Assembly (NCBI GenBank): GCA_028289405.1
Contig: JANQPP010000206.1
Location: forward strand, 1,092 to 65,091
Source of the DNA: Pirellulales bacterium
GTDB lineage: Bacteria > Planctomycetota > Planctomycetia > Pirellulales > JANQPP01
DNA: 64,000 nt
Direction: 5' to 3'
Shown here: positions 19,711 through 28,400 of the stretch, piece by piece
How positions within the stretch are numbered: the first letter of the stretch is position 1
Layout: the number at the start of each line of letters is the position of its first letter
Translations under genes and position numbers: made by a program
Notes under the pieces: model-generated
Told to the model about the DNA's origin: nothing
The model's input: only the letters and a program-made list of their open reading frames with translations
The model's database searches: none

Positions 19711-21741
19711 ATGAATACTCCTCAGGCCTCCGTCGAAAGAGGAACATTCTCTTCGGTCAAAAGCGATTTTTTGGCCTCGATTGTCGTTTTTTTGGTGGCG
19801 TTGCCGCTGTGCATGGGTATCGCCATCGCTTCAGGCGTGCCCGTGGCCGCTGGGCTGATTACCGGAATCGTGGGCGGTCTCTTGGTGGGCATACTAGCCG
19901 GGAGCCCGCTCCAGGTCAGCGGTCCCGCCGCCGGCTTGACCGTGATTGTATTCGAATTCGTACGGGAAACAGGCTGGGAGATGCTCGGCTTGGCCGTGCT
20001 GATTGGTGGAACCATTCAATTCATTGCGGGCCTGTTTCGCCTGGGGCAGTGGTTCCGCGCCGTTTCCCCTGCTGTGATCCAAGGCATGCTAGCCGGTATT
20101 GGCGTGCTGATTTTCGCCAGTCAATTTCACGTGATGGTGGATGACAAGCCCAAAGGGAGCGGCATCCAAAACTTGATCACGATCCCCCAGGCCGTCATGA
20201 AAGCGTTCAGCTTTGACGGTATGGGCCCGTTGGAAGTGCGAAGATCCAGGATTCGGCTGCTGCGTGAAGTGGGCGAATTGCATCGAAAGCAAACATCCCT
20301 CGCGGAGCGAGTCGCCGAGCAATTACCAGACCACGCTTCTCCGGAAGAGTGGGAAACGCAATCTGCGGCCGAGGAAGCGGCGGAAGTCGCCGCGTTGCAA
20401 AGCCTGGTCCCTCGCCAAGAGGCCATCGTGGAAGAACTGGATGCCCTAATTCTCGAAGTTGAAAAGTTCGAGGCCCAAAGCCCACAAGCCACGAGACGTG
20501 AACGGGTTCTGGCCGCCGCGCACGAAGCCGACGCGATGGCCGAGGTTTGTCTTAATCAATTACGCGCAGGCGAACTCCGCGACGCTGTGGCGAGCCAATA
20601 CCAGGCGGCAACGGCCTTGGAAGACTTCTTGAACGCGAAGAAGAACCACGGCATGGCAGCGCAGCTAGGAATCTTGACCATTGTCACGATCCTGCTGTGG
20701 CAGGGGTTGGCTCCTAAAAAGCTACGGTTCATCCCCGCGCCCCTGGTGGCTATCGTCCTGGCCTCCGCCGTGGCGCTCATCGCCACGATGCCCGTTCTGT
20801 ACGTCGAGGTTCCCGACAACCTGTGGCAAGAGGTTCGTTTCCCCACGCGGGCCATCTTAATGGATGCCCCTTGGCCGGACCTACTTCGCACCGGGGTGGT
20901 GCTTGCTCTGGTCGCCAGCGCAGAAACACTTCTCTGCGCCACGGCGGTCGACAGCATGCATCGTGGGCCAAAAACGAAATACGACAAGGAGTTGCTGGCC
21001 CAAGGCCTGGGCAACATGACGTGCGGTATCTTTGGCGCGCTGCCCATGACCGGCGTGATCGTCCGCAGTAGCGCCAATGTCCAAGCCGGCGCGAAAACCC
21101 GGTTGTCGGCCATCCTGCATGGATTTTGGCTGCTGATCTTTGTCGTGTTTCTCTCGTTTTTGCTCCGGTCGATTCCCACCTCCAGCCTGGCCGCGCTGCT
21201 GGTCTACACTGGTTACAAGCTCGTCAACGTCAAGTCCATGAAGAAGTTGCGTGACTACGGGTGGAGCGAAGTGGCAATTTATGCCGCGACCGTCTCCATG
21301 ATCGTGATCACCGACTTGCTCACCGGCGTCATCGTGGGCGTGCTGCTGACCGCCGCGAAGCTGCTCTACATCTTTTCGCATCTTACGCTCGACTTGCGCG
21401 TGGACGAAAAGGATCGGAAGGCCATGCTGAACATGGAGGGTTCCGCCACTTTTTTGCGGCTTCCGCGTTTGGCGGAAGAACTGGAAAAGGTCCCGGACAA
21501 CGCGGAGTTGCATGTCGATTTGACATACCTGGATTACATCGACCACGCCTGCCTGGACCTCCTGATGAAATGGGCGGAGCAACACAAATCGACAGGAGGC
21601 GATTTGATCATTGACTGGGAATCCCTGCATGGCCGGTTTCAATTGGCGAACCCCAGCGCATCACGTGCCACGGTTCGATCCTCGGCGTCCGCGAACCAGG
21701 AAACCCCGAATCCGGATTCCACTTCGAGCGTCGGCGCGTAG
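19711..21741 (+). CDS. SulP-family anion transporter with STAS domain and an unusual helical insertion of about 140 aa
   Basis: Start refined to 'MNTPQASV'. SulP N-terminal signature 'SDFLASIVVFLVALPLCMGIAIASGVP...GPAAGLTVIV'. C-terminal STAS-like domain. Insert 'RRSRIRLLREV...EEAAEVAALQSL...LEDFLNAKKNHG' lies between TM segments. Confidence 0.8.
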   Translation: MNTPQASVERGTFSSVKSDFLASIVVFLVALPLCMGIAIASGVPVAAGLITGIVGGLLVGILAGSPLQVSGPAAGLTVIVFEFVRETGWEMLGLAVLIGGTIQFIAGLFRLGQWFRAVSPAVIQGMLAGIGVLIFASQFHVMVDDKPKGSGIQNLITIPQAVMKAFSFDGMGPLEVRRSRIRLLREVGELHRKQTSLAERVAEQLPDHASPEEWETQSAAEEAAEVAALQSLVPRQEAIVEELDALILEVEKFEAQSPQATRRERVLAAAHEADAMAEVCLNQLRAGELRDAVASQYQAATALEDFLNAKKNHGMAAQLGILTIVTILLWQGLAPKKLRFIPAPLVAIVLASAVALIATMPVLYVEVPDNLWQEVRFPTRAILMDAPWPDLLRTGVVLALVASAETLLCATAVDSMHRGPKTKYDKELLAQGLGNMTCGIFGALPMTGVIVRSSANVQAGAKTRLSAILHGFWLLIFVVFLSFLLRSIPTSSLAALLVYTGYKLVNVKSMKKLRDYGWSEVAIYAATVSMIVITDLLTGVIVGVLLTAAKLLYIFSHLTLDLRVDEKDRKAMLNMEGSATFLRLPRLAEELEKVPDNAELHVDLTYLDYIDHACLDLLMKWAEQHKSTGGDLIIDWESLHGRFQLANPSASRATVRSSASANQETPNPDSTSSVGA

Positions 21742-21882
21742 ATCACCGGGCACGACCGCCAGAACAATCGATAAAACACTCACCAACAACAGCACGAATG
21801 GCCTTCGATAAAATGAGCACGCGAGTTACCACATACGTGGACCGCTTCTCGACTGGCCGCATTCGTCGCGATTCACGTCCCC

Positions 21883-23049
21883 TTGCAATTCGAGATCTCC
21901 ATGTCCCACATCGACACGGAACAACTGGAATCGATCCTATCCTCCCAAGGTACTGAAGCGGCTTTCTCCGAACTGGCGAAGCAATTGCGGGAACAGCGCC
22001 GGCTGCATGAACTGTTCGAGGTGCGGCTCATGCAGGCCCGCTTGCGGCTCGGGCTGCCCGTGATCCTCGGCAAGTCTCAGGAACTCGCGGCCGCGGATCA
22101 GGAGGCCATCGAGGAGGCGTACATGGAAGCCTGCCGTGAGACGGGCCGGGAGTGGCTGCGGGATGGAGCCGTGCGTGAAGCCTGGATGTATCTGCGGGCC
22201 TCGGGAGATGAATATTTGATGCGCGATCATCTCGCCTCGGCGGAGCCGGACGAATCGCGCGTCGACGCGCTGATCGACGTGGCGCTGCATGAGGGAGTTT
22301 CTCCTCGACAGGGACTGGCCTGGATCTTGGAGCATTACGGCACCTGCAATGCCATCACCAGCTTCGACAATTTCCTGCACGGCAAGGAGGGGCCGGACCG
22401 GGCCCGCTGCGCCGAGCTGCTCGTCACGCACGTGTATGAAGAGTTGTCCCGCAACGTGGCCGCCGACATCGCCCGGCGGGACGAGCGGGATCTGGCCGCC
22501 GCCACCTTGGTGGATATGATCGGGTCCCGGCCGGAACTGCTTGAGGGGCAAAACTACCATCTCGATACCACGCACCTGCACGGCGCCGTACGGATTGCCC
22601 GCTTCGCCGAAGAGCTCAAAGCCATCGAAGCCGCCTGGGAATTGACCGAATATGGCCGCCGCTTGGATCCGCAATACCAATTCGCCGGGGAAGAACCCTT
22701 TGAAGACCTCTACCCCAGCCACGGCCTGTTCTTCGCCGCGCAGCTCGGGCGGGATGTCGACGCGGCGCTCGATTACTTCCGCCAGCAGGCGCGGGACTCT
22801 CACGAGCAGCAAGGCCCCTTTTCCTCGATCGCCGTGTTCCTCACCCTGCTCACCCGCGTGGGCCGCCTGGAGGAAGCGGTGCAGGTCGCCCGCGATTGGG
22901 TCCCCGAAAGCTGGCGTTCGGCGCCCGGCGCGCCGTCGCTGTGGGAACTGTGCGAGCGGCTAGGCAATTTCACCCCGCTGATCGACGTCGCCCGCGAAAA
23001 AAGCGACCCCATCGCCTACCTGGCCGGCCGCGTCGCGCAGCAGGGGTAG
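21883..23049 (+). CDS. Hypothetical alpha-helical protein
   Basis: 388 aa, high GC, no recognised motifs; convergent with the reverse transcriptase gene. Confidence 0.5.
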   Translation: MQFEISMSHIDTEQLESILSSQGTEAAFSELAKQLREQRRLHELFEVRLMQARLRLGLPVILGKSQELAAADQEAIEEAYMEACRETGREWLRDGAVREAWMYLRASGDEYLMRDHLASAEPDESRVDALIDVALHEGVSPRQGLAWILEHYGTCNAITSFDNFLHGKEGPDRARCAELLVTHVYEELSRNVAADIARRDERDLAAATLVDMIGSRPELLEGQNYHLDTTHLHGAVRIARFAEELKAIEAAWELTEYGRRLDPQYQFAGEEPFEDLYPSHGLFFAAQLGRDVDAALDYFRQQARDSHEQQGPFSSIAVFLTLLTRVGRLEEAVQVARDWVPESWRSAPGAPSLWELCERLGNFTPLIDVAREKSDPIAYLAGRVAQQG

Positions 23050-23157
23050 GGAAGTAGGGCTGATACCCAGCCGTGGGCTGGCAAACAAATCCAATTGCTA
23101 CTGCGAAGTTGTCGATGGCAACGAGTTTTCGTTCAAAAAAGCTGACGCATACAGTGC

Positions 23158-24480
23158 TTATGCGCCCTTTTTTTGGTATTTTTCAAGTTCTGCGTGCAGA
23201 TTCGTCCAATGCCGTTTTAGCTGCTTGCGTATTGATTCACTTCTCATCATTTCCTGCGATCGCCGTCCATAACTGACGAAGTTTCGTCGACCGAGATGAC
23301 TAAATCGGCTATATAATTCGTGACGAAATATTTTTGTTGAACCACAGTTTCTGGCGGCTATCGCAGCCGAACGAACGCCGAATTTCATTCGTCGGTAGAA
23401 TCGCGCCAACGTTTGTGATCGGATTAACTTCCGTTCGCCATCAAAGGTAAAACCGAGGTATTGCAAAGGTTGATCAGACACAACAGTCCTAGATCCAGCC
23501 ACAGAAAAAACTGATCGCTCTCTCTTCTCTAAATTGGAATTTAGCAATAGTGCCTTCAGTTCCTTGTCAACTGCCTCAGACACTTGCGATTCGTACTCAC
23601 TTGGACAAATCCAGAGTATGTCATCGCTGTACCGTCGGTATACGCCACCCAACTGCGAAGCCAGATTTGCCATCGTGCGATCAAAGGGCAGCATATATGC
23701 ATTTGACAGCACTGCACTGATCGGAGACCCCTGAGGTATTCCAAAATGATTCGTATTCTGAGAAACAAGACCTTTCCCACGAACTCGAATTCGAAACTCA
23801 GCCGGTTCGCATATCCTACTCATTCTTTCAGTTGATGTGTTTGCTCGTAGTCCAAATTCAGAATAGACGGCGTCACGATCAACGAAGGCAAACTTGGTGA
23901 TTGATTTGTAAACCGCGAAATGGTCGGAGGGGAGTGAATTGACTCCCAGCAAACTACACCAGATCTGTTTCAAAAGACCGTGATCTAGCGTGTCAAAGAA
24001 TGCAGAAACATCGAATGCCAAAGCAGTACACGGTGCCCGTTGAACTGCGTCTCGAAAGGCATCGTTCGCAAAGTCGATATTGCATTTACCGATAGCTCGA
24101 TATGCAAGCACATTGCCGCTCAATTCCTCGTCGGAATAGATCCGTTCGAGTAAAGCAGCCAAGCAAAGCGAGTAACGTGCGTACACTTGAGAATCCAGGT
24201 GCGACGCGTAAGCGATAAGACGGTCTTTGGATTCAACCTTTCGCTCTTCTGGCCTATACCTTGGCGTGCTCTTAGTATATGTGATGAACGGAAAAAACGA
24301 GTGCCTCGCTACGTTGTCAGAGTTATCTAAAAAAGACTTGGCGAATTTGAAAGATACAGGTCTATCAAAATGGAGGTATCCCTTCGGTGAAAACCATCCA
24401 TCAATCTTGTGTTTTCGTTTGTCCATAATTTCGAAATAGCAATGCCGAGAGGGCCGGACCTGAGGCATCCATATGCCCAT
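23158..24480 (-). CDS. Standalone reverse transcriptase (Abi/UG-like or group-II-like; class undetermined), candidate defense-associated RT
   Basis: 440 aa (alternative ATG at 24426). RT motifs in order: motif 2 'RPEERKVESKDRLIAYASHLDSQVYA', motif A 'ALAFDVSAFFDTLDHGLL', motif B 'GIPQGSPISAVLSNAYMLPFD', motif C 'YRRYSDDILWI' (YxDD), motif 7 'LQYLGFTF', then a basic helical C-terminal extension of about 100 aa. No retron-type 'VTG' motif. Gene and flanks are visibly AT-richer than the surrounding DNA. Confidence 0.8.
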   Translation of the reverse strand: MGIWMPQVRPSRHCYFEIMDKRKHKIDGWFSPKGYLHFDRPVSFKFAKSFLDNSDNVARHSFFPFITYTKSTPRYRPEERKVESKDRLIAYASHLDSQVYARYSLCLAALLERIYSDEELSGNVLAYRAIGKCNIDFANDAFRDAVQRAPCTALAFDVSAFFDTLDHGLLKQIWCSLLGVNSLPSDHFAVYKSITKFAFVDRDAVYSEFGLRANTSTERMSRICEPAEFRIRVRGKGLVSQNTNHFGIPQGSPISAVLSNAYMLPFDRTMANLASQLGGVYRRYSDDILWICPSEYESQVSEAVDKELKALLLNSNLEKRERSVFSVAGSRTVVSDQPLQYLGFTFDGERKLIRSQTLARFYRRMKFGVRSAAIAARNCGSTKIFRHELYSRFSHLGRRNFVSYGRRSQEMMRSESIRKQLKRHWTNLHAELEKYQKKGA

Positions 24481-24883
24481 CTCGGCGCAAGCTTAACCTT
24501 CCGATGTAAACGTACATCACACGTCCTACATCGCCCTCAGTTGAAACAATACTCGCTATAATGGAGGTAGCTCATTGCATATCGTCGCCGGAGCAACATC
24601 ATGGCTAATTGCCATTACTGCCGTCTTCCGACTTGACATACTAAACAACCTGTCCCGATGGGCGAATCCCAACGGCAATAACCTAACTGTGCAATTATTG
24701 GGCCAAAGGATTGTTTTGCCAGAATGGCAGCTTCTCCGGGGTCGAGCTGGAGCAAATGCAAAAAATGACTGCCATTCTTGCGGGAATTGTCAGTCGTGAA
24801 GGAACCAACGCAATTGGTACGTTGCAAAGCAGCCACAGGTAACAATCCCGCTGTGGTGGAAAAACAGCATCCGACAGCGGGGC
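24481..24883 (-). ncRNA. Candidate structured non-coding RNA region upstream of the RT (strand and extent uncertain)
   Basis: About 400 nt with no convincing ORF, AT-richer than flanks. Imperfect 13-bp inverted repeat 24717-24729 'GCCAGAATGGCAG' / 24778-24790 'CTGCCATTCTTGC' enclosing a 48-nt loop. Shorter palindromes at 24505-24535. TATAAT-like hexamer at 24556-24561. Confidence 0.25.
24846..24880 (-). terminator. Hairpin immediately after stop of the 144-aa gene (terminator-like)
   Basis: 'CCCGCTGT' (24846-24853) pairs with 'ACAGCGGG' (24873-24880); 8-bp GC-rich stem with 19-nt loop. Begins 4 nt beyond the stop at 24884. Downstream minus-strand sequence 'GAUUGUUACCU' is only moderately U-rich. 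Confidence 0.3.
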
Positions 24884-25318
24884 TTATGCCGCGTCGGACA
24901 ATTCGCCTTCGGTGAGGCTCATCAGGTCGCGGGCGAGGAGCATCCAATCGACCGAATCGAGCGCGGCCCGCAGCATCTGGTGGGCGAACTTGGGGAGGGA
25001 ATCCGCGCCTTGTTCCCAGGAGAATTCCAGCACGTCCCGGGAACTGATCCACTGCCGCAGCGCGTCGGCCAGCAGATTGCGGGCCACGTCCCGAACTTTG
25101 TCCCGCTCGGCGCGGACCTGGCCCAGAGCGAGGATCGCGATCATGGCCTGGCGGGAGGCGGCCCGCGCCAAGGCTTGGGCATGCTGGCGGCGTTCCTTTG
25201 TCTCGGCGATGTATTTGGCCACCGCCTCCGTGGGAAGGGACATCAAGTCCCGCGCGGGGAAGATTTGCAGCGCGTCTTCGGGTGCTGAAGTCATGTCCCG
25301 CCTGCCGATACGGACCAA
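24884..25318 (-). CDS. Small alpha-helical hypothetical protein between giant ATPase and RT
   Basis: 144 aa (possible start at internal 'MTSAPEDAL'). Internal duplicated motif 'PARDLMSLPTEAV' near the N-terminus and 'LARDLMSLTEGEL' at the C-terminus. No known domain recognised. Confidence 0.45.
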   Translation of the reverse strand: MVRIGRRDMTSAPEDALQIFPARDLMSLPTEAVAKYIAETKERRQHAQALARAASRQAMIAILALGQVRAERDKVRDVARNLLADALRQWISSRDVLEFSWEQGADSLPKFAHQMLRAALDSVDWMLLARDLMSLTEGELSDAA

Positions 25319-25426
25319 AATACGACATTTCGGGCCTGTCCTCGCACGGCGCGCGAGGCGACCCTTTCTGGTATCGGCTGGTATCCAGCGCGAACTTCAA
25401 TTTCCGAAAACACCGGAAATCCGACG

Positions 25427-28400
25427 TCAGCCGCCGTCCACCTCGTTCCGGTCCCGCGAACGGGCCAGCGAGGTTTCGAGTTCTTCGATCAATTGCTCGT
25501 ATTTTTGCGTACAGTCGGCCAGGGTTTGACGCAACTCGACCAGTTCGCGGGATTGCGTGTCTCCGGAGGCGAGCAACGGCGAAAGCCAACTTTCCATGAC
25601 CTGGAACTGCTGTTGCATGACCTGCAAAAAAGAACGCGGGATACGGCTCACGACCGTGACCTGCAGGGGCGCTCCGCCGTCCAGCGTGGGACTTGGCGAA
25701 GAATCCTGGATTTCCGCCGTGGTTTTCGCCTCGGAGCCGTAGCCCGGTTGGGCGGGGACGGTAACCTTGACGGGACGCGGAGGCTGCGTGAACCACTTCT
25801 CCAGGTTTTCCGTGAATTGCCCGCCCCATTCCGTAAGCGCCGTTTGCAAATGCCCCAAATGTTCAACCAGCGGGGTCACGACTTGCGAGGAAGCCTGGTC
25901 CTCGCGAGGGGTCAAGAACGAGGCGCCTTGCCGCACGGCTTCGCCGATCTGATCGAGCCCAGCACGAAAATCTTCGAGTTGCACCACGACTTGCCCCAAC
26001 CGATCGTCGCCGCCGGCCCCCTTCAATTTTTGCTGCCGCTGGAAGGTGGCCTTGATGGCCTCCCACCGCTGCGCCTCTTCCGGCGTGAGGTTGCCGAGCA
26101 GTTCATTGAGCTTGAGCAGGTTCGCCTCGGCATCGGAGGTGAGCGTTTGGGCATCGTTCTCGTAGTTGGAAAGGATCAGGGTCTCCAACTCCGCGTCGTT
26201 CATGATCGACACCACCCGTTCGGCGATGCGGTTCATGTTGCGGTAAGAACCTTGCAGTTTGAAAGGTGGTTCCGTGCGGTAAGCATCGGCCTGCGCGGCG
26301 GAGCGGATGTATTCCTGATTCACGGTGAGCACGACGTCCCGCACGCGGAGCAGTTTCCGCATCACGGAGACGAGCTCCTGCATTTCGTCGGCGGAGTAAT
26401 TGCCTTCCCATTCGAACCCGTCGGTTCCTCCCTGCTCCGCGACTTTTAGCAGCGTGTGAACATCCTGGGGATGGCGATGGGCAACTCGATTGAGCACGGT
26501 ATTCGAGGTGGCGCAGTTTTCGATGTAGCTCATCTCGAACACATCCGCCGAATCGCCGATGATATCTCCCAAGTTGTAGATATCGGCGCGGTTGGAAAGC
26601 ATGTCGGGGATCTGGAATTTCTCGCCGCTCTCCGTGTAGGGGTTGCCGGCCATGACCACCGCAACCTTCCGTCCCCGCAGGTCGTAAGTGCGGGGCTGGC
26701 CGTTCCATACGCCCTCGATCTTCCGCTGGGCATCGCAGAGGGAGATGAATTTCTGCAGGAATTCGGGATGGCAATGCTGGATGTCGTCCACGTAGATCAT
26801 GACGTTGTCCCCCATTTCCAGGGAGAGATTCAGCTTGCGAATCTCTTCCCGCGCGCCGGCGTTGGGGGCTTCCGCCGGATCGAGCGACATCACGCGATGG
26901 CCGATGGCGGGGCCGTTGATCTTCATGAAGGTCAGGCCCAGGCGGTTGGCGACGTATTCCATCAAGGTGGTTTTGCCGTAGCCCGGCGGGGAGACGAGCA
27001 GCAGCAATCCCATGCGGTCGGTCCGCTTTTGGTCGCCCGCCGCGCCGCACTGTTTGGCCAGGTTGTCGCCGATGAGCGGCAAATAGACTGTGTCGATGAG
27101 GCGGTTCCGCACGAACGAAGTCAGCACGCGGGGCTTGAATTCGTCGAGCCGCATCCCCTGGCGGTGCTCGGCGACCAGGTTCTTTTTCAGGGCGTGGAAT
27201 TCTTCGTAGCGGGGGACTTCCACTTCCGCGAAGTTTCGCAGCTTGGTGAAAAAAGTGTGGAAGTTCAGCCGATAGTTGCCGCCTTCGAGGACCGGATGCG
27301 TGCCCACCATGTCTTTGAGAACTCGCAGCGGTTCTCCTTCCAGCACGCGCTTGGGCGGCGTGGCAGTGAGCAGACGCAGGGCAACCTCCTCCACGTAGCC
27401 TTCACGTTCGGGATCGGCATGTTCCCGCACGAAAGCCCGTGCCGCGTCGCAAGCCAATTGGAACGCGCTCGCGGGATCTTTTTCCAAGGCGGTGAGTGCA
27501 TTCCGCCAGGTTTCTTCTTGGACTTGGTGATGCAGATGCTCTTGGAAGTTTCGCGCCAATTCCTCCGCCGCATGGCTGACGGCAAAATCGGGCGAACTGC
27601 TGATTTCGTCGTAGAGATATCGCGCGGCTGGTTCGAGGGAATCCGGGGAAAACAAGGGCCGCCGTTCCACGAACTCGGCGAGCCGGTCCTGAAGTTCATG
27701 GACGTAATTTGCTTTCGGCGTGGCGCGAGGAAACCACTGTTCCACGCGTCCTACCCCCTGCAAGCGAGCTGTGAGCAATTCCTTTTCCTGGGGTGGAAGG
27801 AAAAACCGCCAATACAACTGGGCCAGCGACCGGGCCGGAGCCGGGTAACGCAGCAGCCCCAAGTGCTCGTCGAGGTCCCACAAGGCACTCAAGATTCGGG
27901 CTGCGTCTTGGTCGGTGACGCCCTTGACATACCCTTCGGTGTAGCGGGGGGCCATGAATTCGCGAACCCAATCCAGCCGGGCTGGTTCGCTGGTCCGCAA
28001 TTCCTGCCGGCGTTTGAGAGGAATGTCCTCTGGCGACCGTTGCCACAAGAGATACGCCAAGTATTCACCGCGGTAGACGTGTTCGTTCTCGGAGATCGTT
28101 TCCCGGTTCCACAGGTCTTGGGCTTCGGTCAGCCCGGGATCGTCCAATGGCTCGAAAAAGTTCGTGCCGGTGAGGTGCAGGAGCATGTCGCCTTCACGGA
28201 CGACGGTCGTGAGATCTAGCGGCTGCGTGTTGACATGGAAGCGGTGCCGCCCGAATTGCAGCACGTTTTCGCCCTCAACAAACAATTCCTGTTTGTCGCG
28301 CAATTGCCGCAGGGCATCTTCCTGCACGGTCTTGAGCCGGCTTTGAATCTCGTCCAGCTTGACGGTATCGCCGAGGGATTCGAGTTGCCCGCAGATGTCG

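Noticed and set aside
19328-19747. 139-aa minus-strand ORF overlapping the SulP start
   Set aside because: No motifs. Overlaps the well-supported SulP N-terminus. The 18.85-19.7 kb spacer otherwise contains only weak, mutually overlapping ORFs.
20881-21642. 253-aa minus-strand ORF inside the SulP gene
   Set aside because: Antisense to conserved SulP/STAS sequence; His/Gly/Asp-rich low-complexity translation.
24540-24577. Plus-strand TTGAAA / TATAAT hexamers and GGAGG-TTG start for a 74-aa ORF (24575..24799)
   Set aside because: Hexamer spacing is only 10 nt, and the -10 box directly abuts the putative SD, so promoter and RBS cannot both be real. The ORF translation is not convincing. The region is retained as possible ncRNA instead.
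23158-24883. Retron (msr-msd + RT) interpretation
   Set aside because: The RT lacks the retron-characteristic VTG motif and YADD box. No obvious a1/a2 inverted repeats flank the spacer. An ncRNA-primed mechanism is kept only as a generic possibility.
24615-25829. 404-aa minus-strand ORF and 205-aa plus-strand ORF (24912..25529) spanning the spacer and small-protein region
   Set aside because: Arg/Gly/Pro/Ser-rich nonsense-like translations in alternative frames. The 144-aa frame (24884..25318) is the only protein-like one.
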